Below, in pieces: positions 10,284 to 19,281 of a stretch of 64,000 nt of DNA. The stretch is from Planctomycetota bacterium (lineage in GTDB: Bacteria; Planctomycetota; PLA2; JAEUHO01). The notes beneath the pieces are model-generated. The model did not search any database. It had not been told where the DNA came from and worked only from the letters and a program-made list of their open reading frames with translations. Where the stretch lies: assembly GCA_965223505.1 (NCBI GenBank), contig CBDCWP010000013.1, forward strand, positions 128,001-192,000, in the 5' to 3' direction. How positions within the stretch are numbered: position 1 is the first letter of the stretch; the number at the start of each line of letters is the position of its first letter. A program made the position numbers and the translations under genes.

Positions 10284-10610
10284 TTATCGACGGCACAGAA
10301 TGCCTAATAACAGCCCAATGCCGCCTGCGATCAGAAGGGATTGAATCGGCTTTTCACGAATTTGCCGCTCTAGCTGGCGCTCCCAATCAGCCGCTTGCTG
10401 GCGGCCTTGCTGATAATACTCAGAAGCAATGGCTTTACCTTGCTCGCCAAGGTGTTGCGCTTTTTCCGCAATATCTTCCCCAACTTGTTGAACTTTTTGG
10501 GCCACCTCTCTCCCGGCCTCCTGCGCCTGATCGCGCAGATGACCTATAGAATCTGGAGATGATGCCATTGTCGTCTCTTGAGGCGTCTCAGGATTGTACG
10601 GCGTTGTCAT
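10284..10610 (-). CDS. DUF883 (ElaB/YqjD) family protein
   Basis: Helical body plus C-terminal IREKPIQSLLIAGGIGLLLGILCRR tail anchor. Confidence 0.88.
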   Translation of the reverse strand: MTTPYNPETPQETTMASSPDSIGHLRDQAQEAGREVAQKVQQVGEDIAEKAQHLGEQGKAIASEYYQQGRQQAADWERQLERQIREKPIQSLLIAGGIGLLLGILCRR

Positions 10611-10634
10611 TGATATTCCTTTCACATAAAAAAG

Positions 10635-10680
10635 ATCTAGATGTCGGATTCTGGCAAGGGCCGTGAGCCGACATCTAGAT
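10635..10680. other. Intergenic inverted repeat
   Basis: ATCTAGATGTCGG-20nt-CCGACATCTAGAT, 13-bp arms. Confidence 0.6.
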
Positions 10681-10751
10681 TCTTAGATAGACAATGTCCC
10701 TAAGCCGATTTAGCCATCACATCGCGTGCGCGCCGAACGCAAGTCTAGCAG

Positions 10752-10937
10752 TTAGTTTTGAGTTTCTTTTTTAATTTTGTCTCCAGCCTTCTCAACTTCT
10801 TCACCCGTTTTTTCAATCATATTATCAATTTTTTTACCCGCCTGTTCCGCAGGCCCTTCTTGGGCTTTGCAGGCGATTACTATGTTAAGTAGAGAAAGAG
10901 CGCATAACAACATGAACATACGCTTGATTAGTGACAT
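10752..10937 (-). CDS. Small lipoprotein (EGPAEQAGKKID motif)
   Basis: Signal peptide ending IAC; acidic/basic amphipathic helix; RBS GAGG. Confidence 0.85.
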   Translation of the reverse strand: MSLIKRMFMLLCALSLLNIVIACKAQEGPAEQAGKKIDNMIEKTGEEVEKAGDKIKKETQN

Positions 10938-11021
10938 ATCTATTTTCCTCAAAAGTTGTCATACGCCATGCATGGCGTATAATCGTTATGTATGGCGAGC
11001 CCCATGTCCGTTATTGTGCGG

Positions 11022-11171
11022 TCACAATGCGCGACGTCCCTGTACGAGCCTGATGACGATCACGACAAGTGCGATTAACAGCAGGAGATGGAGAAGGCCG
11101 CCTAGGGTATAGGACGAGACCATCCCGAGTAACCACAAGATAAGCGCAATAATCACGATGGTCCATAACAT
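11022..11171 (-). CDS. lmo0937-family (DUF5670) small membrane protein
   Basis: MLWTIVIIALILWLLGMVSSYTLGGLLHLLLLIALVVIVIRLVQGRR; RBS AAGGAGA. Confidence 0.92.
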   Translation of the reverse strand: MLWTIVIIALILWLLGMVSSYTLGGLLHLLLLIALVVIVIRLVQGRRAL

Positions 11172-11285
11172 CGGCATTTCTCCTTTGCGAGGTCGTGTGG
11201 GCGAAACAGGACAATTCAACGTTTAGCCTACAAGGCTGCGCGCCTGCTCCCATGCCCAACGCAGGGTTTCAAACCTACTGAGTGA

Positions 11286-11299
11286 GCAAAAGGCGTGCC
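11286..11299 (-). promoter_or_regulatory. sigma-54 promoter for lmo0937-lipoprotein-DUF883-BON operon
   Basis: Minus strand TTGGCACGCCTTTTGCT, perfect consensus. Confidence 0.88.
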
Positions 11300-11410
11300 A
11301 AAGTCTTAATACCTATATTCTAGAGCGTAGCCTCTAGGCGCTAACCTGGCATAAAGGTCGTCCAATGCGGTTTGCAGGTAGTGAGAATAACGAAGAATAT
11401 CGAATTCATC

Positions 11411-11444
11411 TCTCGTTTTGCAATCATACCCTCTCATTTTGAGA
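11411..11444. promoter_or_regulatory. Tandem palindromic putative UAS pair, 21-bp period
   Basis: TCTCGTTTTGCAA (11411) and TCTCATTTTGAGA (11432). Confidence 0.72.
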
Positions 11445-11688
11445 GAGTAATCGTCGACTGGTGTTGACGCGCCGATGGTCATGGTTGTTGCCGGATGACA
11501 ATCCGTTACCCAACCACGCTGGCGATATCGATAAGCAAGTCGCTCTCGATCCATCCGTCTCGCGCTTGTTCGATGCCGTCCGATATCGTTGTGGCGGCGG
11601 CGTGGGCATGGCGCTTGGCCAGGCGCTTGGGGCGCGCATTCTAGCGCGTCCGCGGCTCCGTCATGGCGTCATCTGTCGCGATGCCGTT

Positions 11689-11702
11689 GGTATATTTTTT
11701 GC
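11689..11702 (+). promoter_or_regulatory. sigma-54 promoter towards zwf remnant/DAGK
   Basis: TTGGTATATTTTTTGCT. Confidence 0.65.
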
Positions 11703-11970
11703 TATCTACCGAGATAAACCGTTATCCCTCGATCAACTCCAAGCTGAAAGGACGCCACTTATGCAGACCTCTCATCTAAGAGCGAGTGGCGCGGGCATGG
11801 CGCTGAGCGCCCCACCCAGATCCGTGTATCATCGTAATTTATGGGGTTGCAGGCGACCTTGCCCGTCGCACGTTGATCCCTGCGCTTTGCGCCCTTTACC
11901 GCTGCCAGAGCCTGTCCGCGCCATTCGCCGTTATTGGAGGGGCGAGGCGCTCAGATTGGGTTTGTGCCAA

Positions 11971-12114
11971 GCTTGGTCGATCGTCGATCCACTGATCGCC
12001 AACTGGGAAGCGTTGCCGCCTCCCGACTTGCCGAACTATGCGGCGGGCTCTTGGGGCCCAGAGGCGGCCAACTCGCTGCTTGAGCAAGATGGACGAACAT
12101 GGTATATGGCCTAA
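11971..12114 (+). pseudogene. zwf: Glucose-6-phosphate dehydrogenase C-terminal remnant
   Basis: AWSIVDPLIANW...PNYAAGSWGPEAANSLLEQDGRTW matches the G6PD C-terminus; rest of gene absent. Confidence 0.8.
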
Positions 12115-12136
12115 GATGATGAGAGTGGAGCGTGTC

Positions 12137-13150
12137 ATGACATCCGAAGAAGCGCGAGAAGCGCGCGCGCGGGGCGGCGCCAATGCAATGGAATATTCCC
12201 TAACGCCTGAAAGTCCTCTGTTTATCGTCCTCAACGCCGGTTCGGGCAGGCGTGACGCCCAAGCCACGGAGGCCACCATCCGACGCGTGCTGGAACAAGC
12301 TGGCAGGCGTTACCACTTGGCCCTTGCCAGCCACCCCCGGCAGCTTCCTGCTCTCATCAAGCGCGCTGTCGAATCGGCGCAACAGCAACTGGGCGTCGTT
12401 GTCGCGGCCGGCGGCGACGGCACGCTCAATGCTGCCGCGCAGGCGGTGTTGGAGAGTGGGCGGCCCTTTGGGGTGCTGCCGCAGGGCACTTATAACTATT
12501 TTGGCCGCACTTATGGCATTCCTGAGGATACCGCCGAAGCGACGCGGGTATTGCTCGACGCGACCATTCGACCAGCGCAAGTGGGGTGGCTCAATGGGCG
12601 CCTGTTTCTCGTCAACGCTAGCCTGGGACTATACCCGCGTCTGTTTGAGGAACGCGAGGTCTACAAGCGCCAATTTGGCCGCAGCCGTTTTGTGTCCATA
12701 TGCGCGGGGATGATCACGTTATTGCGTCGGCATCGCCAGTTGGTATTGGACCTTGAGTGCGAAGGGCATCGCCGCACGATGCGCGCGCCGACGCTCGTGG
12801 CCGGGAACAATGCGCTGCAGCTCGAACAGATTGGCATCCCGCAAGCGCCTGCTGTCGAGCAAGGACAGCTCGTCGCCATCGCAGCGCGCTCCGTCGGCGC
12901 GCTAGCCCTGCTCGCTTTGTTGTACCGCGGCGCCTTGGGGCAAATTGGCGATGACGCCAATATTGAGAGCTTTGCGTTCGATAAGCTCACCGTACGCCCC
13001 CGGCGGCGACGGCGCGTTAAGGCGGCCATTGATGGCGAGGTCATTTGGCTGCGTACGCCTTTGGTGTTCGAGGTGGCGCCGCGTCCCTTGCCGCTATTGG
13101 TTCCGGCCCGCGCGCCGAGTGCTTCGCTTGCCGATTCGGGTGCGGCGTGA
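12137..13150 (+). CDS. Diacylglycerol/lipid kinase family protein (YegS/DAGKc)
   Basis: LNAGSG, VVAAGGDGT, GVLPQGTYN, IDGE motifs; start uncertain (12137 or 12188). Confidence 0.9.
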   Translation: MTSEEAREARARGGANAMEYSLTPESPLFIVLNAGSGRRDAQATEATIRRVLEQAGRRYHLALASHPRQLPALIKRAVESAQQQLGVVVAAGGDGTLNAAAQAVLESGRPFGVLPQGTYNYFGRTYGIPEDTAEATRVLLDATIRPAQVGWLNGRLFLVNASLGLYPRLFEEREVYKRQFGRSRFVSICAGMITLLRRHRQLVLDLECEGHRRTMRAPTLVAGNNALQLEQIGIPQAPAVEQGQLVAIAARSVGALALLALLYRGALGQIGDDANIESFAFDKLTVRPRRRRRVKAAIDGEVIWLRTPLVFEVAPRPLPLLVPARAPSASLADSGAA

Positions 13151-13233
13151 GCGGCGCGCTCTCTACCTCAGCGCATAAAAGCTTATCCAGGGTGCGGGTC
13201 GGTCGTGTTGACGATTGCGGTCTCACCACGGCG

Positions 13234-13575
13234 TTATTTCGGCGCGGTGTTATTGGCTGGGCAACGGGTATCGACGGCGCAGCGGCGCAGATGAGCGATG
13301 TCGCTTTGCTGTATAAAGGTGCGAAGCGAATCAGGAATACGCAGCTCTGCGGCCGCGTCTCTGCGAGTGAGGTCATCAGCCTGGAGAAATGTCTCTAACG
13401 TGGCAGGCGCTCGCAATTCGACGTCGATTCTTAGCGCCTCGGGTGAGGATGAGCTGTGTACATGCCGCTCTGACTCAGGCTCCCTGGATGAAGGCTCCGA
13501 CGCCGCAATGCCGGAATTGCCCAAGCAAATGCATACGCACAGGAAAATCACTGTGCGAATCGCATAAGAAGCCAT
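13234..13575 (-). CDS. Hypothetical secreted protein
   Basis: RBS GAGGA, signal-peptide-like N-terminus, sigma-54 motif 50 bp upstream. Confidence 0.6.
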   Translation of the reverse strand: MASYAIRTVIFLCVCICLGNSGIAASEPSSREPESERHVHSSSSPEALRIDVELRAPATLETFLQADDLTRRDAAAELRIPDSLRTFIQQSDIAHLRRCAVDTRCPANNTAPK

Positions 13576-13624
13576 ATGCGCTTTCCTCTCAACAAGGTTC
13601 ACTGGATCCTGATGTGCGGAAAGT

Positions 13625-13638
13625 GCAACTTTTATGCC
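13625..13638 (-). promoter_or_regulatory. sigma-54 promoter
   Basis: Minus strand GTGGCATAAAAGTTGCA. Confidence 0.78.
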
Positions 13639-13664
13639 ACGACAGCATCAATTCAGGAGGCGCT

Positions 13665-14675
13665 TCATGGAGCGCTAGATGGCTGGCGCAACGCGTTGAC
13701 AAACGCCAGTAGCGGGTCGATGCGCGTCACGTAGGTAAAGGCGGCGGCAGGATACATGGTGGCCGCGACTAGGCCAACCAGCACAGGTTGTTTTCCTTGT
13801 AGAGCCAATACGGGAGAGCCAGAATCCCCTGGCTGCACATCGACATCGGTCGTAAACATATTCACATTGAGTTTCGTCTGGGTCATGCTGTTGACGGCTA
13901 CCGGGGCCTTTGCCAAGACTTTGCCCACGGCGAGGCGACGGGAGCCCGTATCCTGGCGCTGGGCGTTGCGGACGGGCACGATGGCGGCCACGCAGTCCCC
14001 CGCTTTCAAGCCGCCGATAGGTTTGGCCGGATCGCCTACGCCATACGATAGCGCCGTGGGATAACGCAGCGGCTCTAAAGCGACGTGATCCGGCGTTTGC
14101 ACCAAAGCCAAATCGTATCGTTCATTCTTGTGGACAATGGCGGCTGCAATGCCGTTGGAGCCTCGATCACGATGCACCGTGAGGGTCATTTGCGAGACGC
14201 GCAACGGCGTAGTGGTCACGACGTCCTGCGACGTGACGCGCACATCAACGCTGTCGGGCGTCAAGGCGTGCGCGACTGTAGCCAGTAGATGGGGGGTCAA
14301 AACCACGGCGCTAGATTCCTGATGAAACGAGGCTTCCACCACCTCTCGCGGCGTGTGAGACGCTACCCCGAAAATCGCTTCAAGAGAAGGCTTCCCGACG
14401 ATTTCAGGCCGAGGGGCGCGCGTCGCCAATGCCGTCCCTTGAAGTGATAGCCGCGGCGCCGCAGTCCACGGCGACACAGACTGAGACTGGCTTCCAGCGT
14501 CGATTCCCCACATTTTATTTAGCGCCGGGTCTTGGGCGAACCCATCACACGCTTTCACAAATCCCTGTGGCGCCGCCTGCGCGCCCCCCCCTACACTCAC
14601 GACGATGAACACGGACAATACCGCTGACGCCATACCTAGGAGGCGGTCCCCCCAATAGCGGTTGCATGGGTTCAT
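13665..14675 (-). CDS. Secreted trypsin-like serine protease
   Basis: Catalytic triad motifs TVAHAL, YDLALV, PGDSGSP; hydrophobic signal; start uncertain. Confidence 0.8.
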   Translation of the reverse strand: MNPCNRYWGDRLLGMASAVLSVFIVVSVGGGAQAAPQGFVKACDGFAQDPALNKMWGIDAGSQSQSVSPWTAAPRLSLQGTALATRAPRPEIVGKPSLEAIFGVASHTPREVVEASFHQESSAVVLTPHLLATVAHALTPDSVDVRVTSQDVVTTTPLRVSQMTLTVHRDRGSNGIAAAIVHKNERYDLALVQTPDHVALEPLRYPTALSYGVGDPAKPIGGLKAGDCVAAIVPVRNAQRQDTGSRRLAVGKVLAKAPVAVNSMTQTKLNVNMFTTDVDVQPGDSGSPVLALQGKQPVLVGLVAATMYPAAAFTYVTRIDPLLAFVNALRQPSSAP

Positions 14676-15152
14676 CGCCTGCTTCGCAACCCCCCATTGA
14701 GCCCGGTATTTTAATGAGTTATCAGAAACGCTCACAATCGTGCTTCCGGAGCAATAGATTCTCATGGTAGGAAAGACGCAGCCTTCCGCCTCAAGCCCTT
14801 CATGCAAGCCTAACCTTGCGATGCGGCGCAAGTCAATGCCTAAGCACTCGTGTCATTTTGGGGGTTCGGTCGGCGCTGCAACACGCTCGCCGCCGGGTCC
14901 AAAACGCAGATGCGTAGCAATGATCCGGGGGAGGGGAGGGGAGACGTGCAAAACTCCAGACATATTCATTAATAGAGGAAGTGTTGAAAATGGACACGCT
15001 GGTCGAGGGGCGCTTCGAAAGCTGTCATATACAAACTGCAAGCGGCAAGGAAGGCAGAGAGAGTCAGGCCATGTAGCGGCGAAACAACTGAGCTTAGCAA
15101 CATGGCTCAACCCGACATGAAAGCAACTCTATCAGTGACTACAACTTGCTTA

Positions 15153-15407
15153 CTAATTCTGAATCGAATTTAGTTTGAGAAAATGTTGAATAAATTGTCC
15201 ACAGTCATCCTGATATATATCATGCACCACTCTCCATAGCTCGCTTCCTATAACATCTTGGGATTTCAGATTCTGTAGAATAAGATGGGATAGAGGACTT
15301 GATAATATGGCGCAAACAATCATACATGCTCCTGGATTACCGTCGATCACATCCAAGGCCAATTGCTCACTCTCTTGGTCCCACGTTGCACCGTTATAAG
15401 ACGCCAT
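15153..15407 (-). CDS. Hypothetical protein (84 aa)
   Basis: RBS AAGGA before MASYNGATW; sigma-54 motif upstream. Confidence 0.6.
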   Translation of the reverse strand: MASYNGATWDQESEQLALDVIDGNPGACMIVCAILSSPLSHLILQNLKSQDVIGSELWRVVHDIYQDDCGQFIQHFLKLNSIQN

Positions 15408-15490
15408 GTCTATCCTTACGCGTTGCTTAGAGTTAATTAGGGGCTTGCCTAGACGTCGCAGTGGCAAACACGCTTTAGTGAGTAAGCTCA

Positions 15491-15504
15491 GCAATAATAA
15501 TGCC
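15491..15504 (-). promoter_or_regulatory. sigma-54 promoter
   Basis: Minus strand TTGGCATTATTATTGCT. Confidence 0.78.
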
Positions 15505-15622
15505 AAATTGTCTTCGGCGTATCGAGCTACGATATATCTGCGGCGGCGACTAACCGTCTAAAGGGGATGTCTAACCGACATTTTCATCACCTCATGATAA
15601 AAACATAGATTATTGATGTGTT

Positions 15623-15636
15623 GGCATAAATTTTGC
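15623..15636 (+). promoter_or_regulatory. sigma-54 promoter for PRC-barrel gene
   Basis: TTGGCATAAATTTTGCG. Confidence 0.8.
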
Positions 15637-15788
15637 GCCTCCTAGTTTAAAAATGTTTGAGTCGTTGCATATCTTTCGGTTTAGATATCAATTCGCATGT
15701 AAACATAATGGAGGGATCGACATCGGGTCCGCCGCTTATCTCGATCTTCAATAAGCGGTGGAGCGTCAACCATCCTATGGGTGACGTC

Positions 15789-15822
15789 TCTCAAAACAAA
15801 ACTCAGCTCTCTCATTATGAGA
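15789..15822. promoter_or_regulatory. Tandem palindromic putative UAS pair, 21-bp period
   Basis: TCTCAAAACAAAA (15789) and TCTCATTATGAGA (15810). Confidence 0.68.
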
Positions 15823-15865
15823 GGGTTGAGTTGGGATCGACGTTTTCTGATCTGAAAGGAAAACC

Positions 15866-16594
15866 ATGCTGCGAAGTATTAAAGCCTTACACAGCTACGC
15901 CATCGAGGCGACGGATGGAGACCTCGGCGTGGTCTACGCGTTTTATTTTGATGATCTGTCCTGGACGATCCGCTACGTGGTCGTGGACACTGGGGCCTGG
16001 TTGCCCGGGCGCCGCGTTTTGATCTCGCCGACTGTCGTCGGGGAGCCGCGCTGGGAGATGCGGCAACTGCCGGTGAATCTCACCCAGGAGCAGGTTAAAA
16101 ATAGTCCGGATATGGATACGGACCAACCCGTTTCGCGCCAACATCAAATGGCGTTGCACGACTATTACGCCTGGCCGATGTACTGGACAGTGGCGCCCAT
16201 CGGCCCAGGGGCGGTGGCGATGCCGCCGGAGTTGGCGGAGGAGTACGCCTCGGAAACCGGCGATCCCCACCTGCGCAGCACCCAGGAAGTGATCGACTAT
16301 TACATCCATGCGAGCGATGGCGATCTTGGCCATGTGGAGGATTTCATTGTCGACGATGACGACTGGACGATTCGCTATATGGTCGTTGATACGCGCAACT
16401 GGCTGCCTGGCAAAAAAGTGCTGGTCGCGCCGGAATGGATTACGGAGGTGAATTGGGGCGAGTCAAAAGTGTATGTCAATCTGACCCAAGACGCGATCAA
16501 AGACAGCCCGGAATATGATCCGACCGAAACGGTGAATCGCTGGTATGAAGAACGCCTTTACGATTTTTACGGCCGGCCCAAGTATTGGAGCTAA
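15866..16594 (+). CDS. Tandem PRC-barrel domain protein
   Basis: Two repeats of I-x-A-x-DGDLG-x-V...DD-x2-WTIRY-x-VVDT-x2-WLPG-x2-VL...VNLT-x3-(V/I)K-x-SP. Confidence 0.92.
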   Translation: MLRSIKALHSYAIEATDGDLGVVYAFYFDDLSWTIRYVVVDTGAWLPGRRVLISPTVVGEPRWEMRQLPVNLTQEQVKNSPDMDTDQPVSRQHQMALHDYYAWPMYWTVAPIGPGAVAMPPELAEEYASETGDPHLRSTQEVIDYYIHASDGDLGHVEDFIVDDDDWTIRYMVVDTRNWLPGKKVLVAPEWITEVNWGESKVYVNLTQDAIKDSPEYDPTETVNRWYEERLYDFYGRPKYWS

Positions 16595-16610
16595 TTTAGC
16601 ATGCGCCTAA

Positions 16611-16655
16611 GCGTCGCCTGCGATGCGTGAAGCTGCCACGCATCGCAGGCGACGC
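16611..16655. terminator. Perfect 19-bp hairpin between convergent genes
   Basis: GCGTCGCCTGCGATGCGTG-7nt-CACGCATCGCAGGCGACGC. Confidence 0.7.
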
Positions 16656-16669
16656 AACGCTCTTGCGCG

Positions 16670-18037
16670 CTACGGCATATAGACGGTCTTGACGTTGACA
16701 AACTCTTTAATGCCGTAGTGCGACAGCTCCCGGCCATAGCCGCTGGTCTTGACGCCGCCGAAGGGCAACCTTGGGTCAGACTTGACAAATGCATTCACAA
16801 AGCAACAGCCGGCGTCGAGCGCTTCTGACGCCAAGCGTTCTCCCTTGGACAGATCTTGGGTAAAAATAGCAGCGCCAAGGCCAAACTCGGAATCGTTGGC
16901 GATCTCGATCGCGCTTTGTTCATCCGGCGCCGTAATAATCGTGGCGACCGGCCCGAAGAGTTCCTCGTGGTAGGCCAACATCCCCTTGCGCACGTTGGTC
17001 AACACGGTCGGGGGATAATAAGCCCCAGCGCCTGGCGGTATTTCCCCGCCAAGCAAACACTGCGCCCCCGCCGCAATGCTGGCCATGACTTGCCCGTGCA
17101 ACTCGTCTCGCAAATCGCGCCGGGCCATCGGGCCGAGAACGGTGTCTTCCTCCATCGGGTCGCCAGGCGATATGGCTTGCATTCGCGCCACCACGCGTTC
17201 GGTAAAGGGTTCCAGGACAGGCGCCTCGACGATAAAGCGTTTGGCCGCAATGCAGCTCTGGCCGCCATTGACCAAGCGTCCTGTGACGCACGCTTCGGCC
17301 GCCTGATCGAGATCGGCATCGGCCAAAACGATATAGGGATCGCTGCCGCCAAGTTCCAAAACCGTTTTTTTGATCAGCGAGCCGGCCCGCTTCGCCACGG
17401 CTTGCCCTGCCGGCGTGCTGCCCGTTAACGTGACAGCTCGCACCAAGGGATGCGAGATGACGGCCTCCATTTGGTCGCTGCCAATGAGGAGCGTGCGGAA
17501 GAGGTGTTCCGGAAAGGCCGCATGTCGAAAGAGGTCTTCAATGGCTAAAGCGCATCCCGGCACACTTGAGGCATGTTTTAACACCGCGGCATTGCCAGCC
17601 ATCAGAGCTGGGGCCGCAAAGCGAAACACTTGCCAAAACGGAAAATTCCAGGGCATGATGGCGCACACCACGCCAAGCGGTTGAAAGGCGACGTAGCTCT
17701 TGGCCGCCTCGGTTTCAATCGTTTCAGGCTGCAAAAAATGTTCGGCGCGCTCGGCATAGTATTCACACACCCAAGCGCATTTTTCAGCCTCCGCACGGCC
17801 GTCTTTGACGGGCTTGCCCATTTCCTCGGCCATTAACTGAGCTAACTCGTTGGCCTGCTCACGCAGCAGGGCCGCCGCTTGCCGCATGTGGTCCGCCCGC
17901 TGCGAAAACGCAATGCGACGCCAGCCCTGAAACGCGATGTGCGACTTTGAGATCGCATCTTCAACGGCATCCATGGACATGTCGTCATATGTTTTAATCA
18001 GTTCACCGGTTGCCGGATTAATGGATTGAATGGCCAT
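16670..18037 (-). CDS. NAD(P)-dependent succinate-semialdehyde dehydrogenase (Sad/GabD type)
   Basis: IMPWNFPFWQ, LTGS, LELGGSD, GQSCIAAKR, EELFGP, PFGGVKTSGYGRE. Confidence 0.92.
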   Translation of the reverse strand: MAIQSINPATGELIKTYDDMSMDAVEDAISKSHIAFQGWRRIAFSQRADHMRQAAALLREQANELAQLMAEEMGKPVKDGRAEAEKCAWVCEYYAERAEHFLQPETIETEAAKSYVAFQPLGVVCAIMPWNFPFWQVFRFAAPALMAGNAAVLKHASSVPGCALAIEDLFRHAAFPEHLFRTLLIGSDQMEAVISHPLVRAVTLTGSTPAGQAVAKRAGSLIKKTVLELGGSDPYIVLADADLDQAAEACVTGRLVNGGQSCIAAKRFIVEAPVLEPFTERVVARMQAISPGDPMEEDTVLGPMARRDLRDELHGQVMASIAAGAQCLLGGEIPPGAGAYYPPTVLTNVRKGMLAYHEELFGPVATIITAPDEQSAIEIANDSEFGLGAAIFTQDLSKGERLASEALDAGCCFVNAFVKSDPRLPFGGVKTSGYGRELSHYGIKEFVNVKTVYMP

Positions 18038-18112
18038 ATTGATCTCCTTTTACGCTGCTGTGGAATGCGCCGGCTCGCCTTCGACTCGCCTTGCGCCATT
18101 ACAAAAAAATGG

Positions 18113-18126
18113 GCAAAATCCGTGCC
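18113..18126 (-). promoter_or_regulatory. sigma-54 promoter for aldehyde dehydrogenase
   Basis: Minus strand ATGGCACGGATTTTGCC. Confidence 0.85.
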
Positions 18127-18199
18127 ATGTCATGCGATGCCTGCCGTGCAATAACGCATCCCATCTCGGGGCGGCCTTGTCGCCTGTCGGCGGCGCGAT

Positions 18200-18213
18200 G
18201 GCATAAGGCTTGC
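18200..18213 (+). promoter_or_regulatory. sigma-54 promoter for transglutaminase operon
   Basis: ATGGCATAAGGCTTGCA. Confidence 0.8.
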
Positions 18214-18360
18214 ACTCAAAACTTGCCGAACCGTTAGCCTGTCATCACCTGAGGCGACCAGAGCCGCGGCGCCGCGCGCAACCAGTGGGCCAACGCCTGG
18301 TCTTCGCCTCATATCATTTGCGTTTTGACCAACTTGTCTAACTGAGAGACCACACGCCCT

Positions 18361-19281
18361 ATGCGACAGATACGCATCCACCACACGACGACATACACCT
18401 ATGACAGTCCCGTAACCTTTGGCCCACACGCCTTGCTTTTGCGCCCTCGCGAGGGTCATGATTTACGCATCTCATCCTCTCAGCTCAATATCGCGCCTGC
18501 GCATACAGTCCGCTGGCGCCGTGACGCCAGCGACAATAGCGTCGCCATTGTCAGCTTCCAAGAACCGTCTACCGTTTTGAGTGTTGAGAGCGAAGTCGTT
18601 GTCCAACATTTCGATGAAGCGCCGCTTGACTTCATCGTAGAGGAGGAGGCGCTGCACTTTCCCTTTCACTATGATCCGCTCGAGCGCATCGATCTTCTCC
18701 CCTATGTGACGTCCGTGTTTCCAGAGGACAGTCAGGCGCTGCATGACTGGGTTCAGCAGTTTTGGCAACACGGCAAAGTCATCGAAACCTATGTCTTGCT
18801 CGACCAGATGAACGCCGCCATTGCGACCCAGATGACTTATATGATGCGCGAAGCGCCGGGCGTACAGGCGCCAGGCGTCACGTTGGCGCAACAAAATGGC
18901 TCGTGCCGGGATTTCGCCACCCTTTTTATGGAAGCGTGCCGCTTAATCGGCTTAGCCGCTCGCTTTGTCAGCGGCTATCTGCATTGTCCGGCAACGGAAG
19001 TCGGTCATGGCGCGACGCATGCCTGGACCGAGGTCTATCTGCCGGGGGCAGGGTGGAAAGGGTTTGACCCCACGAGCGGCAACGTGGTTGGCGCGGATCA
19101 TATTCCGGTCGCTGTGCATCGCCATCCAGAGACCATCCCTCCGGTTGCGGGTTCGTTTGTCGGACAGCTTAGCCAACCGCCCTCGTTGTGCGTCGATGTG
19201 CAGGTTCACACCTTGACTCACGAGGCAGGGGATGACGAAGTAGAAAATGTCGAGGAGCGCGCGGGGCTCCGCTCGGCGTGA
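18361..19281 (+). CDS. Transglutaminase family protein
   Basis: N-terminal I-x-H-x-TTY-x-Y...LRPR; GSCRDFA, ARFVSGYL, HAWTEVYLPGAGWKGFDPT. Confidence 0.93.
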   Translation: MRQIRIHHTTTYTYDSPVTFGPHALLLRPREGHDLRISSSQLNIAPAHTVRWRRDASDNSVAIVSFQEPSTVLSVESEVVVQHFDEAPLDFIVEEEALHFPFHYDPLERIDLLPYVTSVFPEDSQALHDWVQQFWQHGKVIETYVLLDQMNAAIATQMTYMMREAPGVQAPGVTLAQQNGSCRDFATLFMEACRLIGLAARFVSGYLHCPATEVGHGATHAWTEVYLPGAGWKGFDPTSGNVVGADHIPVAVHRHPETIPPVAGSFVGQLSQPPSLCVDVQVHTLTHEAGDDEVENVEERAGLRSA

